The notes under the pieces were generated by a model. It searched no databases, was not told the DNA's origin, and was given only the letters and a program-made list of their open reading frames with translations. Shown in pieces: positions 9,750-21,374 of a stretch of DNA of 64,000 bases. Every line of letters begins with the position of its first letter. Position 1 is the first letter of the stretch. This DNA comes from Synechococcus sp. (GTDB taxonomy: Bacteria; Cyanobacteriota; Cyanobacteriia; PCC-6307; Cyanobiaceae). Where the stretch lies: contig JBJBCN010000002.1 in the NCBI GenBank assembly GCA_047285805.1, forward strand, positions 1,152,001 to 1,216,000, written 5' to 3'. Made by a program: the position numbers and the translations under genes.

Positions 9750-10595
9750 ATGAGCGATCAACCACAGTCCCAAGGCGATCGCTCGGGTTCGGACGGAGCA
9801 CCGAGCAGCTCCGGATTAGCGCCGCCGCCCATAAAAATTCCTGCGGCTGCCCCCGAGACGGCAGCGGTCGAAGCCACCGAAGAGTTCCCCTCCGAGGTGG
9901 AGATGACCTTGGTGGGACACCTGGAGGAACTCCGAAGCCGTGTCCTCCGCAGCCTGCTGGCGGTGGTGGTCGGCGCCGCCGCCTGCCTGCTGTTCGTGCG
10001 GCCGTTGGTGCGCCTCCTCGAGGTGCCGGCCAAGGACATTCATTTTCTGCAGCTCGCTCCGGGCGAATTCCTGCTGGTATCCCTCAAGGTGGCGGGGTAC
10101 GCCGGACTCACGCTGGCCCTTCCCTATGTCCTCTATGAGGGCCTGGCCTTTGTGCTCCCTGGCCTGACCCGCAGGGAACAAAAGCTGGTGGCACCGGCCG
10201 TCGCCGGGTCAGCGATGCTCTTTCTGGCCGGCCTGGCCTTTGCCTGGTGGGCTTTGGTCCCCGCCGCCTTGAACTTCCTCGTGAGCTACGGCGCAGATGT
10301 GGTGGAGCCGCTCTGGTCCATCGAGCGCTACCTAGATTTTGTCTTGCTTCTCATGGTGGCCACGGCGTTGGCCTTCCAGCTCCCCGTCCTTCAGATGCTG
10401 CTGGCGGCCCTCGGGCTAGTGCGCTCCGAGGCCATGCTTGGGGCATGGCGATTTGTGGTGATGGCCTCGGCCTTGGCTGGGGCCGTGCTGACTCCCTCAA
10501 CAGACCCCATCACCATGCTGCTGCTCAGCGGCGCCATCACGGCCCTGTACCTCGTGGGAGTGGGTCTGGCTAGGGTGGTCCAACGACCCGCCTGA
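9750..10595 (+). CDS. tatC: Twin-arginine translocase subunit TatC
   Basis: HLEELRSR, FVLPGL, AFQLP, LTPSTDPITM. Confidence 0.96.
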   Translation: MSDQPQSQGDRSGSDGAPSSSGLAPPPIKIPAAAPETAAVEATEEFPSEVEMTLVGHLEELRSRVLRSLLAVVVGAAACLLFVRPLVRLLEVPAKDIHFLQLAPGEFLLVSLKVAGYAGLTLALPYVLYEGLAFVLPGLTRREQKLVAPAVAGSAMLFLAGLAFAWWALVPAALNFLVSYGADVVEPLWSIERYLDFVLLLMVATALAFQLPVLQMLLAALGLVRSEAMLGAWRFVVMASALAGAVLTPSTDPITMLLLSGAITALYLVGVGLARVVQRPA

Positions 10596-10596
10596 T

Positions 10597-10932
10597 TTAG
10601 AGAAGAAATTCGCTCGCGCGTCCCTCAGGTAACTCAAGGGGCAGGGTCATGGCCTTCCCAAGGCGGGGTTTGTCCGTGGTGGTGGTTAGCCATTCACGAA
10701 CCTGTCCGGCCACCCCTAAGCCGTTCAAGGTGGCGACGAGCTCGTCCAATTTCGCGGCGTACTGCTCGGCATCCAGGGGAAAGGATTGCTGCTCCAGGTA
10801 GGCCCACATCACCTGCAGATAGAGACGTCCGCGACGGGACGTCAGCTGCAGGTCATAGGAGGCCTGCCAGCGAGCCCGCAGGGTTTCAAGGATCTCCGCA
10901 CTCGCCAGGGGAGCGGCATGTGGCTCAGTCAC
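10597..10932 (-). CDS. DUF3067 family protein
   Basis: LRARWQASYDLQL...YLQVMWAYLEQQSFPL; usual position divergent from petC; start uncertain (GTG 10932 chosen). Confidence 0.8.
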   Translation of the reverse strand: MTEPHAAPLASAEILETLRARWQASYDLQLTSRRGRLYLQVMWAYLEQQSFPLDAEQYAAKLDELVATLNGLGVAGQVREWLTTTTDKPRLGKAMTLPLELPEGRASEFLL

Positions 10933-11063
10933 GGGAAGGCAATCCAACGAACCGCGCAACAGCATGTTGCAGGCTTCAGCCACCTGCCTGTGATTCGGGC
11001 CCGTTGCGGGAACGACAAGGTCCATAATGGCCCCCACGTCGTTGTGGCAGCCGGCCGCCCCGT

Positions 11064-11612
11064 ATGACCCAAATTCCAGCGAGCGCCTCGAACAGTGATG
11101 TCCCTGGAATGGGTCGCCGGCAGTTCATGAATCTTCTGACCTTCGGTTCAGTCACCGGAGTTGCCCTGGGCGCCCTCTACCCAGTTGCCAACTACTTCAT
11201 CCCCCCGAGGGCCGCTGGCTCCGGCGGTGGCACTGCCGCCAAGGATGAGCTTGGCAACGCAGTGACCGCCAGCGGTTGGCTGAGCACCCACCGTGAAGGT
11301 GATCGCAACCTGGTCCAAGGCCTGAAGGGCGATCCCACCTACCTGGTGGTTGAAGGCAGTGATGCCATTGGCAGCTATGGCATTAACGCGATCTGCACAC
11401 ACCTGGGTTGCGTAGTCCCCTGGAACGCCGCTGCCGACAAGTTCATGTGCCCCTGCCACGGCTCGCAGTACGACGCCACCGGCAAGGTCGTCCGTGGCCC
11501 TGCACCCTTGTCCCTGGCCTTGGCCCACGTCTCCGTCGAAAACGACAACGTGTTCCTGAGCCAGTGGAACGAAACTGATTTCCGCACCGGCGAGAAGCCC
11601 TGGTGGGTCTGA
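11064..11612 (+). CDS. petC: Cytochrome b6-f Rieske iron-sulfur subunit
   Basis: GRRQFMN Tat signal, CTHLGC and CPCHGSQY Rieske boxes. Confidence 0.98.
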   Translation: MTQIPASASNSDVPGMGRRQFMNLLTFGSVTGVALGALYPVANYFIPPRAAGSGGGTAAKDELGNAVTASGWLSTHREGDRNLVQGLKGDPTYLVVEGSDAIGSYGINAICTHLGCVVPWNAAADKFMCPCHGSQYDATGKVVRGPAPLSLALAHVSVENDNVFLSQWNETDFRTGEKPWWV

Positions 11613-11650
11613 TCTCCTCCCCAACCGTTCCCCTCTCGCCCCAACGCCCC

Positions 11651-12583
11651 ATGCGTCGCTCCTTCTCCCTGCTGCTGAGTTCGGTTCTGGTTCTCGGCGC
11701 CCTGTTCTTTGCTCCTCAAGCAAGCTGGGCCTATCCCTTCTGGGCTCAACAGCAATACGACTACCCGCGGGAAGCCACCGGCAAATTGGCATGCGCCAAC
11801 TGCCACCTGGCCCAAAAGCCCACCCACGTTGAACTCCCTCAAGCGGTATTCCCCGATGAGGTCTTCAAGGTTGAAGTTGAAATCCCCTACGACACCAGCG
11901 TTCAGCAGGTCGCTGGTGATGGTTCTGCCACCGGCCTGAACGTCGGTGCAGTCGTGATGCTTCCCGACGGCTTCAAACTCGCTCCCGCAGATCGTCTTAC
12001 CGACGAACTTAAGGAAGAAAGCGAGGGTGTCTACGTCACCACCTGGGACGAAGAAAACCCCAACATCCTTCTGGTCGGCCCCCTCCCGGGTGATGACCAC
12101 CAAAAGATCGTCTTCCCGATCCTCTCGCCCGACCCCGCAGCCGACAGCAACATCCACTTCGGCAAGTTCCAGCTCCACGTGGGCGGCAACCGCGGTCGCG
12201 GCCAGGTCTATCCCACCGGAGAGAAGAGCAACAACGGAGTGTTCAACGCCTCCGCTGCTGGCACCATCGAAGCCATCAATGCCGGTGACGCCGGCTCTTC
12301 CGTTGTGGTCATCAAGACCGCCGACGGCAACAGCATGAGCGACACCATCCCTGCAGGCCCCACCGTGACCGCCAAGGTTGGTGATGTCGTGGACGCCGGT
12401 GCTGCCCTTACCAACGACCCCAACGTGGGTGGTTTTGGTCAGCTCGATGCCGAAGTCGTTCTCCAGAACCCTGTTCGCATCTACGGCCTGCTGGCCTTCT
12501 TCGCCGCCGTGGCTCTGGCTCAGATCATGCTTGTTCTGAAGAAGAAGCAGATAGAAAAGGTGCAGGCCGCCGAAGGCGTTTGA
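11651..12583 (+). CDS. petA: Apocytochrome f
   Basis: YPFWAQ mature N-terminus, CANCH haem motif, [12 protein letters not shown]-terminal TM plus KKKQ. Confidence 0.98.
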   Translation: MRRSFSLLLSSVLVLGALFFAPQASWAYPFWAQQQYDYPREATGKLACANCHLAQKPTHVELPQAVFPDEVFKVEVEIPYDTSVQQVAGDGSATGLNVGAVVMLPDGFKLAPADRLTDELKEESEGVYVTTWDEENPNILLVGPLPGDDHQKIVFPILSPDPAADSNIHFGKFQLHVGGNRGRGQVYPTGEKSNNGVFNASAAGTIEAINAGDAGSSVVVIKTADGNSMSDTIPAGPTVTAKVGDVVDAGAALTNDPNVGGFGQLDAEVVLQNPVRIYGLLAFFAAVALAQIMLVLKKKQIEKVQAAEGV

Positions 12584-13437
12584 TGTATCTCGCTGTATTC
12601 ACCTCTCCGGGCCCCCTGCTGTTTCAGCTGGGGCCTTTTTCTTTGCGTTGGTACGGACTGCTGATCGCCATTGCGGTGCTCTGCGGCCTCGCCCTGGCCA
12701 CCCGGCTGGGCAAAGAACGGGGGATCGATTCAACGCTCATTGCCGATCTACTACCGCTACTGGTGCTGGCGGCCGTGGTAGGCGCGCGGATCTACTACGT
12801 CAGCTTTGAGTGGCGTCAGTACCGCTTCAATTGGCTGAATGCTCTCGCGATTTGGCGTGGTGGCATCGCCATCCACGGGGCCCTGATCGGAGGAACCCTG
12901 GCGGTGATCCTTTACAGCCGTTGGCGCAAGATCCCCTTCTGGAACCTGTTGGATGTCCTCCTGCCCTCCGTCGCCCTGGGTCAGGCGATCGGCCGCTGGG
13001 GGAACTTCTTTAATTCCGAGGCGTTCGGGCTTCCTACGGACCTGCCCTGGAAACTGACCATCCCGTTTTCGAACAGGCCGGTTGAATTCCTCGATCAATC
13101 GACCTTCCACCCAACGTTCCTCTACGAGTCGATCTGGAACCTGGGGGTGCTGGTGCTTTTGCTCTGGCTGTTTCGCAACGGGATCGAGGGAAAAATCAGG
13201 CTTCCTGCAGGGGCCCTGAGCTGCGTCTACCTGATGAGCTACAGCTGCGGACGCCTCTGGATTGAAGGGCTGCGGATCGATCCGCTCTGCTTAATGGGTA
13301 CCGCGCCCTACTGCGCCGGAGGTCTGCGGATGGCGCAGGTCATCAGCTTGGTCCTGATCTCCCTCGGCGGTCTAGGGCTGTACTGGCTCTACGGCCGCAA
13401 GCGTGCCCTTCCCGATCCCAGCGGAGTGACCCCATGA
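12583..13437 (+). CDS. lgt: Prolipoprotein diacylglyceryl transferase
   Basis: [34 protein letters not shown]. Confidence 0.96.
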   Translation: MYLAVFTSPGPLLFQLGPFSLRWYGLLIAIAVLCGLALATRLGKERGIDSTLIADLLPLLVLAAVVGARIYYVSFEWRQYRFNWLNALAIWRGGIAIHGALIGGTLAVILYSRWRKIPFWNLLDVLLPSVALGQAIGRWGNFFNSEAFGLPTDLPWKLTIPFSNRPVEFLDQSTFHPTFLYESIWNLGVLVLLLWLFRNGIEGKIRLPAGALSCVYLMSYSCGRLWIEGLRIDPLCLMGTAPYCAGGLRMAQVISLVLISLGGLGLYWLYGRKRALPDPSGVTP

Positions 13438-14207
13438 CCACCACGACGGGCAAAGTTTGGATCGTGGGAGCCGGCCCTGGCGCGCCTGATTTGTTGACCC
13501 TCCGGGCTGCGCGAGCGATTGAGGAGGCTGAGGTCTTGATCTGGACCGATTCGCTAGTCAATCCGCAGCTGGCCGCCATGGCGCCGCAGAACTGCGAACG
13601 CATTCGCACCAGCACCTTGACATTGGAAGAGGTGATGGGACTGATGCTCGACCGGGTCAAGGACGGCAAACGGGTGGTGCGTCTTCACGACGGCGACACC
13701 TGCCTGTACAGCGCCCTCAACGAGCAGCTGTGCGGCCTACTGGACGCCAGGGTAGCCGTGGAAGTCGTCCCCGGCCTAAGCGCCTATCAGGCCACAGCCG
13801 CCCAACTCAAGAGTGAGCTCACGATTCCGGGCCTGGTGCAAACCATCGTTATTGGCCGCGCCGGTGGCCGGACGGGCGTTCCAGAAAGCGAAGCCCTCGG
13901 ACGCCTGGCCTCCCTGAAGGCCTCCCTCTGCCTCTACCTGAGCGCACGGCATGTGGAGGAGGTGCAGCGCGAGCTGCTGTTGCACTACCCACCTGAGACG
14001 CCTGTAGCGATTGGCTATCGGGTGAGCTGGCCGGATGAATGGATCAAAGTTGTCCCCCTCAAGGACATCGACCGGGTGAGCCGTGAACGGGAGCTGATTC
14101 GCACGACGCTCTATGTGGTGAGTCCTGCGCTGGCGGCCCCTGTCGAAGCCCGCTCCAAGCTCTATTCAGCGAGCCACAACCACCTGTTCCGCGGCGGTGC
14201 CGACTAG
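13434..14207 (+). CDS. cobM: Precorrin-4 C11-methyltransferase
   Basis: [32 protein letters not shown] end. Confidence 0.92.
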   Translation: MTTTTGKVWIVGAGPGAPDLLTLRAARAIEEAEVLIWTDSLVNPQLAAMAPQNCERIRTSTLTLEEVMGLMLDRVKDGKRVVRLHDGDTCLYSALNEQLCGLLDARVAVEVVPGLSAYQATAAQLKSELTIPGLVQTIVIGRAGGRTGVPESEALGRLASLKASLCLYLSARHVEEVQRELLLHYPPETPVAIGYRVSWPDEWIKVVPLKDIDRVSRERELIRTTLYVVSPALAAPVEARSKLYSASHNHLFRGGAD

Positions 14208-14262
14208 GTCTGGCAGGCGGGCCATGATCTAAACTGAGCTGGCGTCAGCAATAAGCGCACGC

Positions 14263-14334
<72 letters not shown>

Positions 14335-14353
14335 CTTGATTGATTCATAGGCC

Positions 14354-14388
14354 GGCCGCAGTGCACTGCGACCTTCTTTTTTGCGGCC
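14354..14388 (+). terminator. Probable terminator downstream of tRNA-Val
   Basis: CGCAG-tgca-CTGCG hairpin followed by CCTTCTTTTTT. Confidence 0.55.
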
Positions 14389-14400
14389 AACACCCAGCTT

Positions 14401-15993
14401 TCAACTTACGCTCAAGCCCAATCCAACCGCTTCCTCCACGTAGTGCTGGCATGACTGCAGGCTCCAACGCTCCAAGCTGAGGTCCACCTCAGCGGTGAGC
14501 GGCATCAGTTGCATCGCTATGCAGTTCTTACCGTGGGCCTTGAGCACACAATCGGCAATCACCTTCTGGGGGCGACGGTCCATCGCCACGGCCAGGCGCA
14601 GCAGCAACGCCATCGATGACACTGTGCGGCGCTGATCCCGCCCTTCGATCAGCTGCCAGGATTCATGACGCTTTTTCGGTAGGGAACGACGGTGGTAGCG
14701 GGCAATCGCGGCGACCATCAGATGCTCGCTGTCGGAGTATCCCAGCAGATCGCCGTGGCGGACTAAATACCAAGTGTGTTTATGGTAAGCACCGACATTG
14801 ATGTGCTGCCCGCAGCTGTGCAGCATTGCCGCGGCCCAGAGCAACTGACGGCCCTGACCATCGTCCTGGTGCAGGAGGCCCTGGCTTTGGTCGTAGAGAC
14901 GCAGCGCCAGCGCCGCGACCCCTTCAGCCCGGGGGACGTCCACTCCGTAGCGCTGGGCTTGGTGCAAGACCGTGCGTTGACGAATACTGCTCTGAAAGGC
15001 GAAGCGATCAACGATCAAATCGTTGCGCAGCATCCAATCGACAATCAGCCCCTCACGCAGAGCCCTTTCACTGATCAGAAACTCCTCGGCCCCGATCATC
15101 CCCATCGCCGTCTGCAAGATGAGCGCACCAGGCACGATGATTTCGGCGCGGCGTTCATTCAAGACAGGGTGGGCCTTCCGCTCCGCAGGCGTCATCGCCA
15201 AGAGGCATGCGACGATCTGATCCAGTTTTTGCCGCGAGACCCGGTAGCCCTGCATGCGCAGGGGCGGACGCGATTCGTCCGCGGCAGCCATCGCGGCGAT
15301 GGCCATCGCCGTTCCACTGGTGGCGACCAAAACTGGCTGCTTGCCCAAGGGCTTGAGTCCTTGGCGCAGCTTCAGTACCGCGGGTTCGAGCGCCCCCTGG
15401 ATGAAGGCCCGCAGAAAGGTGCCCCGCTTGGCCGGGATCGGGTCGTCCTGGAAGAAATCCCGCTGCAGACGGACTGCACCAATGCGGGTGCTGGTTAAGG
15501 CGTGAGAGTCAGAGCCATCCGCCAGCACCAACTCAGTGGAACCCCCACCGATGTCGATGATCACGTGGGGCTGGTCACCAAAGGACATCCCCGAGAGGAC
15601 GCCCAGGTAAATCAAACGCGCTTCTTCCGGACCGCTGACGAGATCCACAGCCAGGCCGAGTTGCTCCTGGATCGATTGCAGGAACTCCCGGCCATTGGGG
15701 GCTTCACGAACCGCGCTGGTGGCGGCCGTGACGACATCACCAGGGGCCACTCCATGGCTGGCCGCCAACTCTCGGCAATGGCTCAGGGTCGTAAATGCGC
15801 GCTCAATCGCTTCAGGAGAGAGATCACCGCTGACAGGATCGCGCTCCCCCAATCGGGTGGTTGATTTTTCCGTGAGTACCACCGAGAAGCTGCGCAGCTG
15901 GGGATCAACGCTGGCGATCAGCAGGTGGATCGAGTTGGTGCCAATGTCGATGCCGGCGACCTGACGTGGGGCACCGCTGAGGAGCTCACTCAC
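14401..15993 (-). CDS. ppx: Exopolyphosphatase (Ppx/GppA family)
   Basis: IDIGTNSIH, TSAVREAPN, EEARL, DIGGGSTE, LREG, HD-like C-terminal domain; GTG start assumed. Confidence 0.95.
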   Translation of the reverse strand: MSELLSGAPRQVAGIDIGTNSIHLLIASVDPQLRSFSVVLTEKSTTRLGERDPVSGDLSPEAIERAFTTLSHCRELAASHGVAPGDVVTAATSAVREAPNGREFLQSIQEQLGLAVDLVSGPEEARLIYLGVLSGMSFGDQPHVIIDIGGGSTELVLADGSDSHALTSTRIGAVRLQRDFFQDDPIPAKRGTFLRAFIQGALEPAVLKLRQGLKPLGKQPVLVATSGTAMAIAAMAAADESRPPLRMQGYRVSRQKLDQIVACLLAMTPAERKAHPVLNERRAEIIVPGALILQTAMGMIGAEEFLISERALREGLIVDWMLRNDLIVDRFAFQSSIRQRTVLHQAQRYGVDVPRAEGVAALALRLYDQSQGLLHQDDGQGRQLLWAAAMLHSCGQHINVGAYHKHTWYLVRHGDLLGYSDSEHLMVAAIARYHRRSLPKKRHESWQLIEGRDQRRTVSSMALLLRLAVAMDRRPQKVIADCVLKAHGKNCIAMQLMPLTAEVDLSLERWSLQSCQHYVEEAVGLGLSVS

Positions 15994-16043
15994 AGTCCAA
16001 TCTCTGGCGCTGAGCCACTTTCGCACTGCCCTTCAGCCCTAGG

Positions 16044-16976
16044 GTGCGGAAACCTTTTCCCCTGCTGACCGTGCCTGCCGACAGCAAGGGCCTTGGAGTG
16101 CTGCTCCGGGCTTGGCTAGGTCTGCTGCGCTGGGACAAACCCAGCGGACGCTTGATTCTGCTGATTCCTGCGGGTTGGAGCCTCTGGCTCCACGGCGAAG
16201 CCCCTCCCAGCCTTCCCCTAGTGGCAGCGATCGTGATCGGAGGCCTGGCCGTCAGCGGAGCCGGTTGTGTCGCCAATGACCTCTGGGATCGGCGCATTGA
16301 CCCCCAGGTGGAGCGGACCCGTCAACGCCCCCTCGCCAGTGGTCAGATCGGTGTCCCGGGTGCCGTCGTCCTGCTGCTGATCTGCCTGGGCGCCGCTCTG
16401 GCTGTCGTGGTGTGGGGTCTGCCTGAAGCCCACAGGGCCCTCTGCCTCCAGCTGGCGATCGCCGCCCTGCCTCCGGTGCTGCTTTACCCATCGGCGAAGC
16501 GCTGGTTTGCCTACCCCCAGGCGGTCCTGGCCCTGTGCTGGGGCTTTGCGGTCTTGATCCCCTGGGCAGCCGCCCGCGGCAGTCTGGACGGTGGCTGGCC
16601 CCTACTCTTCCTTTGGCTCGCGACCGTGCTTTGGACCTTCGGATTTGACACGGTCTATGCCATGTCCGACCGCGACGACGACCGCAAAGTCGGGGTCCAC
16701 AGCAGCGCCCTCAGCCTGGGTGAGCACGCCCCCATGGCGGTTGCCCTTTGCTACGCCAGCGCAGGCGGACTTTTGGCGATCGCCTCCGGTCTGCAGGGCG
16801 TTTACCCCTGGTTCTGGCTGCTCTGGCTCGTGGTGGTCACTGGCCAACTCAAGGAAGCCCTAGCCTTGCGAAGGCCGCAGCGGCCGCGATCGGCCTTCGG
16901 CCAGCACTTCAAACACCAGGTGCTTCTCGGGGCGCTCCTTCTGCTCGGCTTGGTGGCTGGACGGATGTGGGCATGA
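16044..16976 (+). CDS. ubiA: 4-hydroxybenzoate polyprenyltransferase
   Basis: LLRWDKPSG, NDLWDRRID..VERTRQRPLASG, DTVYAMSDRDDD; start could be 16071. Confidence 0.93.
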   Translation: MRKPFPLLTVPADSKGLGVLLRAWLGLLRWDKPSGRLILLIPAGWSLWLHGEAPPSLPLVAAIVIGGLAVSGAGCVANDLWDRRIDPQVERTRQRPLASGQIGVPGAVVLLLICLGAALAVVVWGLPEAHRALCLQLAIAALPPVLLYPSAKRWFAYPQAVLALCWGFAVLIPWAAARGSLDGGWPLLFLWLATVLWTFGFDTVYAMSDRDDDRKVGVHSSALSLGEHAPMAVALCYASAGGLLAIASGLQGVYPWFWLLWLVVVTGQLKEALALRRPQRPRSAFGQHFKHQVLLGALLLLGLVAGRMWA

Positions 16977-17881
16977 GTCAGCGCCCTTGGCCCAGACCAC
17001 TCCAAGCCGGCGATCGCGTCCAACTTGCCGCGGTAAGTTCCGCCCTCCAAGGCGAGGCCATCAGCCTCCTGGATGCGGGAATCAGCATTCTCCAGCGCTG
17101 GGGCCTAGAGGTCGAGAGCCATCCCAACCTCGAGCGGCATTGGGGGTACTACGCCGGCACCGACGCAGAACGCCGAGCTGATCTGCTGCCGAAGGCCCCA
17201 CTGGTGGCCTGCGTCCGCGGTGGCTGGGGGTCGGCCCGGCTGCTGGAGCAGCCTCTCATGGATTCCCTCCTGGGGGCACGCGCCCACTGGCTGCTGGGCT
17301 TCTCCGATGTGACCTCCCTGCTCTGGGCCCGGCAGGCGGCGGGCGTACCAGGGGGCATCCATGGACCGATGCTTACCAGTCTGGCGGCGGAACCCGCATG
17401 GAGCCAAGAGCGCCTGCGGGCCTTACTGTTTGGGGAGCCACTCCCGTCTCTTGATGGAACGCCGTGGCAGCGAGGTCAAGCGGAAGGACCCTGCCTGGTG
17501 GGTAATCTCACCGTTGCCACCCATCTGCTGGGCACCCCCCATCTACCTGACCTGCGGGGCGTCATCCTGCTCTTCGAAGACGTGGGTGAGGCGCCCTACA
17601 GGATCGATCGCATGCTCTCCCACTGGCGACTCAGTGGCGCCCTGCAACACGTGGCCGGGATTGGCTTTGGCAGCTTCAGCGACTGCGAGGCCGAGGAGGA
17701 GGACGCCCGTGATCCCGAGCGTCCCTTTGCTCTCCAGGCGGTCCTCAGGGAGCGCTGCGGCGACCTGGGGATCCCGTTGGTCGCCGAATTGCCCTTTGGA
17801 CACCAGTGCGGCAATGCCGCGATCCCCATCGGACGCCGGGGCCGCCTGGACGGGGATCGCGGTGAGCTGAACCTGCTTTAG
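16973..17881 (+). CDS. LD-carboxypeptidase (S66 family)
   Basis: [41 protein letters not shown]. Confidence 0.92.
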   Translation: MSQRPWPRPLQAGDRVQLAAVSSALQGEAISLLDAGISILQRWGLEVESHPNLERHWGYYAGTDAERRADLLPKAPLVACVRGGWGSARLLEQPLMDSLLGARAHWLLGFSDVTSLLWARQAAGVPGGIHGPMLTSLAAEPAWSQERLRALLFGEPLPSLDGTPWQRGQAEGPCLVGNLTVATHLLGTPHLPDLRGVILLFEDVGEAPYRIDRMLSHWRLSGALQHVAGIGFGSFSDCEAEEEDARDPERPFALQAVLRERCGDLGIPLVAELPFGHQCGNAAIPIGRRGRLDGDRGELNLL

Positions 17882-18555
17882 CGGGCGGAGAGAACCGCCT
17901 CAGCGACCGTCAGGTCAAAGGGCGTGGTGATCTTGATGTTTGAGGGGGAGGACTCCATCACCCGGACAGGCCAGCCCAGCCGTTCAAACAAGGAGGCGTC
18001 ATCGGTGACGCTCCACCTCTCCTGACGGGCTTGGGCATGGGCCTGACGTAACTGCTCGACCGGGAAACCCTGGGGGGTTTGGGCGCCCCAGAGGACGGAG
18101 CGATCCGGGGTGTCCTGAATCACACCCGCGGCGTCGACCCGCTTGATCGTGTCGGTGACCGGTGCAGCCGCGATCACCGCCGCCCCGGCATCCACCGCAG
18201 CGGAACACCGATCAATCAGGGCCGGATCCACCAAGCAGCGCGCCCCGTCATGGATCAAGACCGAACGCGCCTCCGGCGGGAGGGCCGCCAGGCCGTTGCA
18301 GACCGAGTCTTGACGGGTATCCCCGCCTTGGATCCACTGGACAGGCCGGTCCGGATTCGCTGCCTTCACCAGAGCCTTGATGTCAGGGCGGTCCAGCTCT
18401 TGCCCCACCACCCCGATCCAGCGGACGCTGCTCGAAGCCAGGGCCGCGTCCAAGGTCCAAGCCAGGACAGGGCGGCCACTGACCTCAAGCAAGAGCTTGT
18501 TGCGCTCCGCACCCATCCGCCGACCGCTTCCAGCACAGGCAATCAGCAGATGCAT
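17878..18555 (-). CDS. ispD: 2-C-methyl-D-erythritol 4-phosphate cytidylyltransferase
   Basis: [41 protein letters not shown]. Confidence 0.97.
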   Translation of the reverse strand: MHLLIACAGSGRRMGAERNKLLLEVSGRPVLAWTLDAALASSSVRWIGVVGQELDRPDIKALVKAANPDRPVQWIQGGDTRQDSVCNGLAALPPEARSVLIHDGARCLVDPALIDRCSAAVDAGAAVIAAAPVTDTIKRVDAAGVIQDTPDRSVLWGAQTPQGFPVEQLRQAHAQARQERWSVTDDASLFERLGWPVRVMESSPSNIKITTPFDLTVAEAVLSAR

Positions 18556-18628
18556 GATGCGCTCCTGAGGACTAAGTAATCCGACCTACATACAATCAAC
18601 CAGCGATCCGCTTCACACCCGCGCGACC

Positions 18629-19462
18629 ATGCGAGTCCTCTTTTTGGTGCCGGGTGGGGTCAGTGATCAGCTGCAGGCCCTTCCGGCGGCAGCCCAGGTC
18701 GCGCATGACCTGAACGCCCAAGTCCAGGTGGCCTGTGCCCCGGCCGCTGCTGCCACTTGGTCCCTGCTTCCGGCTGTGGAGAAGGTCATTCCCTTCGCCT
18801 TTGACGACGGACCGAGCCTGGCGGATTGGGCCAACCTGCTGGGGAACGTCCGCGAGCCCGACTTCCAAGCCTGCATCAACCTCGCCAGCGGACGGCAGGT
18901 GGACCTGATGCTCTCGATGAGCCATATCCCCAATCGTGTGGCCGCCTCAGGCTTCTCCGCCACCGCGACCGTGACTCCGGGAACGGGTTGGGGAGCCCAA
19001 GCGCTCGCCCCCTACCTGGGCCAGCTGGGGATCAACTTGGATGCCAGCCAATTCCGCCTCTCCTTGCCCAAAGGTGCCCTGGAGCAAGCGGCAGCCGCGA
19101 TGCCCAGCGGCCAAGGGCCCGTACTCCTGCTCGCCCCCTCCGGAGACCGTCAGGACTGGCCCGCCCAACATTGGCGTGCCCTGCCCGACGCCATCCGCAA
19201 CAAATTGCCGGATCTGCGGGTGATCGAGGCCGGTGGAGCCACCCTGCTGCAACGTGCCGCCCAACTCGCAAGCTGTGATGTGGTGCTCAGCAGTGATCCC
19301 ATCACCAATCAGCTGGCCCTGCTGAACGGTATGCCCCTGGTCGCTCTAGGCCAAGATCCGGCCTCCCTGCCGGAGCGTCCCGGGGTGCAAGCGGTGGGCC
19401 AAGCCGGAACCCTGCACAACCTCAGCACCGCCGAGGTCTTGCAAGCCCTCGGCTTGGGATGA
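18629..19462 (+). CDS. Glycosyltransferase family 9 (heptosyltransferase-like)
   Basis: MRVLFLVPGG..DQLQALP N-terminus, WP..HW and S.D motifs of the cyanobacterial GT9-like family. Confidence 0.78.
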   Translation: MRVLFLVPGGVSDQLQALPAAAQVAHDLNAQVQVACAPAAAATWSLLPAVEKVIPFAFDDGPSLADWANLLGNVREPDFQACINLASGRQVDLMLSMSHIPNRVAASGFSATATVTPGTGWGAQALAPYLGQLGINLDASQFRLSLPKGALEQAAAAMPSGQGPVLLLAPSGDRQDWPAQHWRALPDAIRNKLPDLRVIEAGGATLLQRAAQLASCDVVLSSDPITNQLALLNGMPLVALGQDPASLPERPGVQAVGQAGTLHNLSTAEVLQALGLG

Positions 19463-20592
19463 GACCGATGCGGCAGCGACTCCGTTCACTGCCACGCAGA
19501 CGCGGCCTTCTCGCCCCGATTCGCACACAGGTGGCCCAGCGGCCTTGGGTCGGTCCAATCCTGGCCCTTGCGGCCGTGGTCAATGCCGGTGCGGTCGGTT
19601 ACCGGCTGGTCGAGGGCTGGGACTGGGGCGATTGCTACTGGATGGTGCTGATCACCCTCAGCACGCTCGGCTTCAGCGATGAGCACACCCAGCTGATCCA
19701 CACGGGCGGCAGGATCGTGACCGCGCTGCTGCTGGTAGGCGGCCTCGTGGTGGTCCAGCAAACCCTCCAAAAACTGCTGGAATTGACGAACTCCGGCTAC
19801 TTTCGCCGCATCCGCCAGCGGCGCTACCGCCAACAGCTGCAGCGATCGATGAATAAGCACGTCATCCTCTGCGGCTACGGCCGGATGGGCCGCGAAATTG
19901 CAGAGCAACTCAACGGAGAGAACATCCAGCTGTTGGTGGTTGAAAACGACAGCGATCGCATCGAAGAGGCCCAACAGCGCGGCCTGACGGTGCTTCAGGG
20001 GGACGCGACCCTCGACGAAACCCTGGAGGAAGCTGGCATTCACCGCTGCCGGTCGCTGGTCGCCGCGCTGCCCAGCAATGCCGCAAATCTGTACGTGATC
20101 CTCAGTGCCAGGGGCTTGGCGCCGAGGGCACGTCTGATCGCCCGCTCCGACAGTGAAGAAGCGGAAGGGAAACTGCGCCTCGCCGGGGCCGACCAGGTGG
20201 TGAGTCCCTATGTAGCCGGCGGCCGGGCCATGGCCGCCACCGCCCTAAGGCCCCTGGCGGTGACCTTCATGGACCTATTGGCCGGAAGCGACTGCGAGGT
20301 GGACGAATTTCTGCTCAGCGAGCATCCCGAAGACCTCGGCGAGCTCAACGGCGCCAGCCTCTCGGAACTGCAATTGGGCCGTCGCAGTGGGTCCCTGGTA
20401 CTCGCGATCCGCAACCCCGCCGCCAGCGAACTGAGCACAGGTGCCCCAGAACCACTGATCGCCAACCCCGGCGGCGATGTCCGTCTCGGCCCCGGCCAAT
20501 TGCTGGTGGTGATGGGCAGCAAGCGCCAATTGCAGCGCTTTGGTGAACTCCTCGGTCCGGCCCTGGCCGAGGTCAAAAACATGCCCGCCTAG
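19459..20592 (+). CDS. Two-TM potassium channel with TrkA/RCK domains
   Basis: TM, pore helix [36 protein letters not shown]-terminal RCK-C. Confidence 0.9.
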   Translation: MRPMRQRLRSLPRRRGLLAPIRTQVAQRPWVGPILALAAVVNAGAVGYRLVEGWDWGDCYWMVLITLSTLGFSDEHTQLIHTGGRIVTALLLVGGLVVVQQTLQKLLELTNSGYFRRIRQRRYRQQLQRSMNKHVILCGYGRMGREIAEQLNGENIQLLVVENDSDRIEEAQQRGLTVLQGDATLDETLEEAGIHRCRSLVAALPSNAANLYVILSARGLAPRARLIARSDSEEAEGKLRLAGADQVVSPYVAGGRAMAATALRPLAVTFMDLLAGSDCEVDEFLLSEHPEDLGELNGASLSELQLGRRSGSLVLAIRNPAASELSTGAPEPLIANPGGDVRLGPGQLLVVMGSKRQLQRFGELLGPALAEVKNMPA

Positions 20593-20618
20593 CCTGGATC
20601 GACTTTTCTGCGTTCTCC

Positions 20619-21371
20619 ATGGCGGACAGCACCCCCCTTGCCGGTCAGGTTGCGCTGGTCACCGGAGCCAGCCGGGGCATCGGGGCTTCAATTGCCCGCG
20701 AGCTCGCACAAGCCGGGGCGAAGGTGGTCGTGAACTACGCCAGCTCCCCCGCTGCCGCGGACGCTGTGGTTGCTGAGATTCAGGCCGCCGGTGGCCAGGC
20801 CTGGGCCCACCAGGCCAACGTGGCGGACGAAGAGCAGGGGGAGGCCATGGTGAAGGCCGTCCTCGAGAAGGAAGGGCGCCTGGACGTGCTGGTCAATAAC
20901 GCGGGCATCACCCGTGATGGCCTGCTGATGCGCATGAAGAGCGCCGATTGGCAGAGCGTGATCGACCTGAACCTCAGCGGCGTCTTCCTCTGCACCCGGG
21001 CCGTGAGCCGGGCCATGTTGAAGGCCCGCAGCGGTCGCATCATCAACATCACCTCGGTGGTGGGCCTGATGGGCAACCCCGGCCAGGCCAACTACAGCGC
21101 CGCCAAAGCCGGCGTGATCGGCCTAACTCGCAGCAGCGCAGCCGAATTCGCCAGCCGTGGCGTGACTGTGAATGCGGTGGCACCGGGCTTTATAGAGAGC
21201 GACATGACCGCGGAACTCGACAAGGAGCCGATCCTCAAGGCCATTCCCCTGGGCCGGATGGGCCAACCCACCGAAGTCGCCAGCGCCGTCCGCTTCTTGG
21301 CGGCCGACCCCGCCGCGGCATACATGACCGGCCAGGTATTGCAGGTGGATGGCGGAATGGTGATGCGCTAA
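20619..21371 (+). CDS. fabG: 3-oxoacyl-ACP reductase
   Basis: [29 protein letters not shown]. Confidence 0.96.
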   Translation: MADSTPLAGQVALVTGASRGIGASIARELAQAGAKVVVNYASSPAAADAVVAEIQAAGGQAWAHQANVADEEQGEAMVKAVLEKEGRLDVLVNNAGITRDGLLMRMKSADWQSVIDLNLSGVFLCTRAVSRAMLKARSGRIINITSVVGLMGNPGQANYSAAKAGVIGLTRSSAAEFASRGVTVNAVAPGFIESDMTAELDKEPILKAIPLGRMGQPTEVASAVRFLAADPAAAYMTGQVLQVDGGMVMR

Positions 21372-21374
21372 GCC

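Noticed and set aside
14335..14400. tRNA-Val 3' end as an integration site
   Set aside because: Followed directly by ppx; no duplicated tRNA end or integrase seen in the window
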